Shown here piece after piece: positions 61,785 to 62,545 of a DNA stretch of 62,545 nt. Below the pieces are notes generated by a model. That model was given only the letters and a program-made list of their open reading frames with translations, was not told the DNA's origin and did no database searches. The stretch covers positions 1 through 62,545 of the forward strand of contig CAXXHA010000041.1 of the NCBI GenBank assembly GCA_963662265.2. The letters are read 5' to 3'. Every line of letters starts with the position of its first letter. Within the stretch, counting starts at the first letter, position 1. This stretch comes from Spirochaetia bacterium (lineage in GTDB: Bacteria > Spirochaetota > Spirochaetia > CADAEX01). A program made the position numbers and the translations under genes.

Positions 61785-62545
61785 TGACTTTTACTCAGAG
61801 AGTTATTGAGCGTCCTGTAACAATTGTAATTGTTTTTGCGCTTCTGATAAGCCTTGCACTGTTCATGGTGCCCAGGATAGCACTGGATCTTTTCCCTTCT
61901 ATCAATCCCCCGATAGTGCTTGTTAAAACTTCCTACGACGGGGCAGGTGCTGAAGAGGTTGAGAAAAACCTTACAATGGTGCTTGAAGGGCAGCTTGCCA
62001 ATGTAAGCGATCTTGAGGAGATGACATCCACTTCAAGTGAAGGGTCCAGCAGTATTGTCATGGAATTTGATTATTCTAAAGATCTCAATGAAGCACTGGA
62101 TGATATAAGGGACCAGCTGGAAATTGTAAGCGGCAGGCTTCCTGATGATGCAGATTCCCCGATTACATTTAAGATTGATCCCTCCCAGCAGGCTATTATG
62201 AACCTTGTTGTTACAGGTAAAAAAACACCTGAAGAACTCAGGGAAATTGCTGACAACGATATACAGTCCAGGATAGAAAGGATTAATGGTGTTTCAACTA
62301 CATCTGTAATGGGCGGACGTGAAGCAGTTATAAGGGTTGAAGTTTCCCAGAACAGGCTTGAAGCTTACGGTTTGACTCTGACTTCTGTTTCTTCCGCTAT
62401 TTCAGGACAGAATGTACAGGTAGGCGGAGGTTCAATAGAAAGGGGAAATATTGATTACTATATCAGGACAGACGGCGAGTTCAGTTCTGTTGAAGAGATA
62501 AAAGATACTGTTATTGCGCTCAAGTCAGGTATTACTGCAGACGGG
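61784..62545 (+). CDS. RND efflux permease, 5' part (runs off the window)
   Basis: ATG overlaps the MFP stop; MTFTQRVIERPVTIVIVF..LDLFPSI..YDGAGAEEVE. Confidence 0.9.
   Translation, partial: MTFTQRVIERPVTIVIVFALLISLALFMVPRIALDLFPSINPPIVLVKTSYDGAGAEEVEKNLTMVLEGQLANVSDLEEMTSTSSEGSSSIVMEFDYSKDLNEALDDIRDQLEIVSGRLPDDADSPITFKIDPSQQAIMNLVVTGKKTPEELREIADNDIQSRIERINGVSTTSVMGGREAVIRVEVSQNRLEAYGLTLTSVSSAISGQNVQVGGGSIERGNIDYYIRTDGEFSSVEEIKDTVIALKSGITADG

Overview
Bacterial chromosomal window with low GC. Gene content and protein styles (eukaryote-type GlyRS, degenerate HD-GYP protein, ClpS-ClpA-Aat, TolC/Omp85, RRM proteins) suggest an anaerobic diderm, plausibly a free-living spirochaete (inference only). 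Most of it is housekeeping or metabolic: cysE, two membrane pyrophosphatases, an NSS transporter with a MetS-like subunit, a PhlG-like hydrolase with TetR, paaK-ACT, a DUF4349-like lipoprotein trio, PhoH2, ApbE, Rrf2-NifS-IscU, a cysteine desulfidase, two RRM proteins, a large CoA-activase, clpS-clpA-aat, an M16 protease, two RND efflux systems, gltX-glyQS-tyrS and a NarL-type two-component system. Four frameshifts (three at homopolymers, one of them in essential tyrS) look like assembly errors. The most interesting signals are non-coding or very small: (1) a ~145-nt multibranch RNA with three A(N)GGA-loop hairpins and a terminator, a candidate CsrA sponge or TwoAYGGAY-like RNA; (2) a duplicated TetR-controlled promoter driving a 17-aa hydrophobic peptide upstream of an RND operon; (3) an IS256-derived ORF whose promoter matches the architecture of the efflux promoter next to the two-component system; (4) a ~490-nt structured leader before the tRNA-synthetase operon; (5) two miniature IS200-like elements. 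No CRISPR array, rRNA or tRNA was recognised. All family calls come from motif recognition by eye, without database searches.
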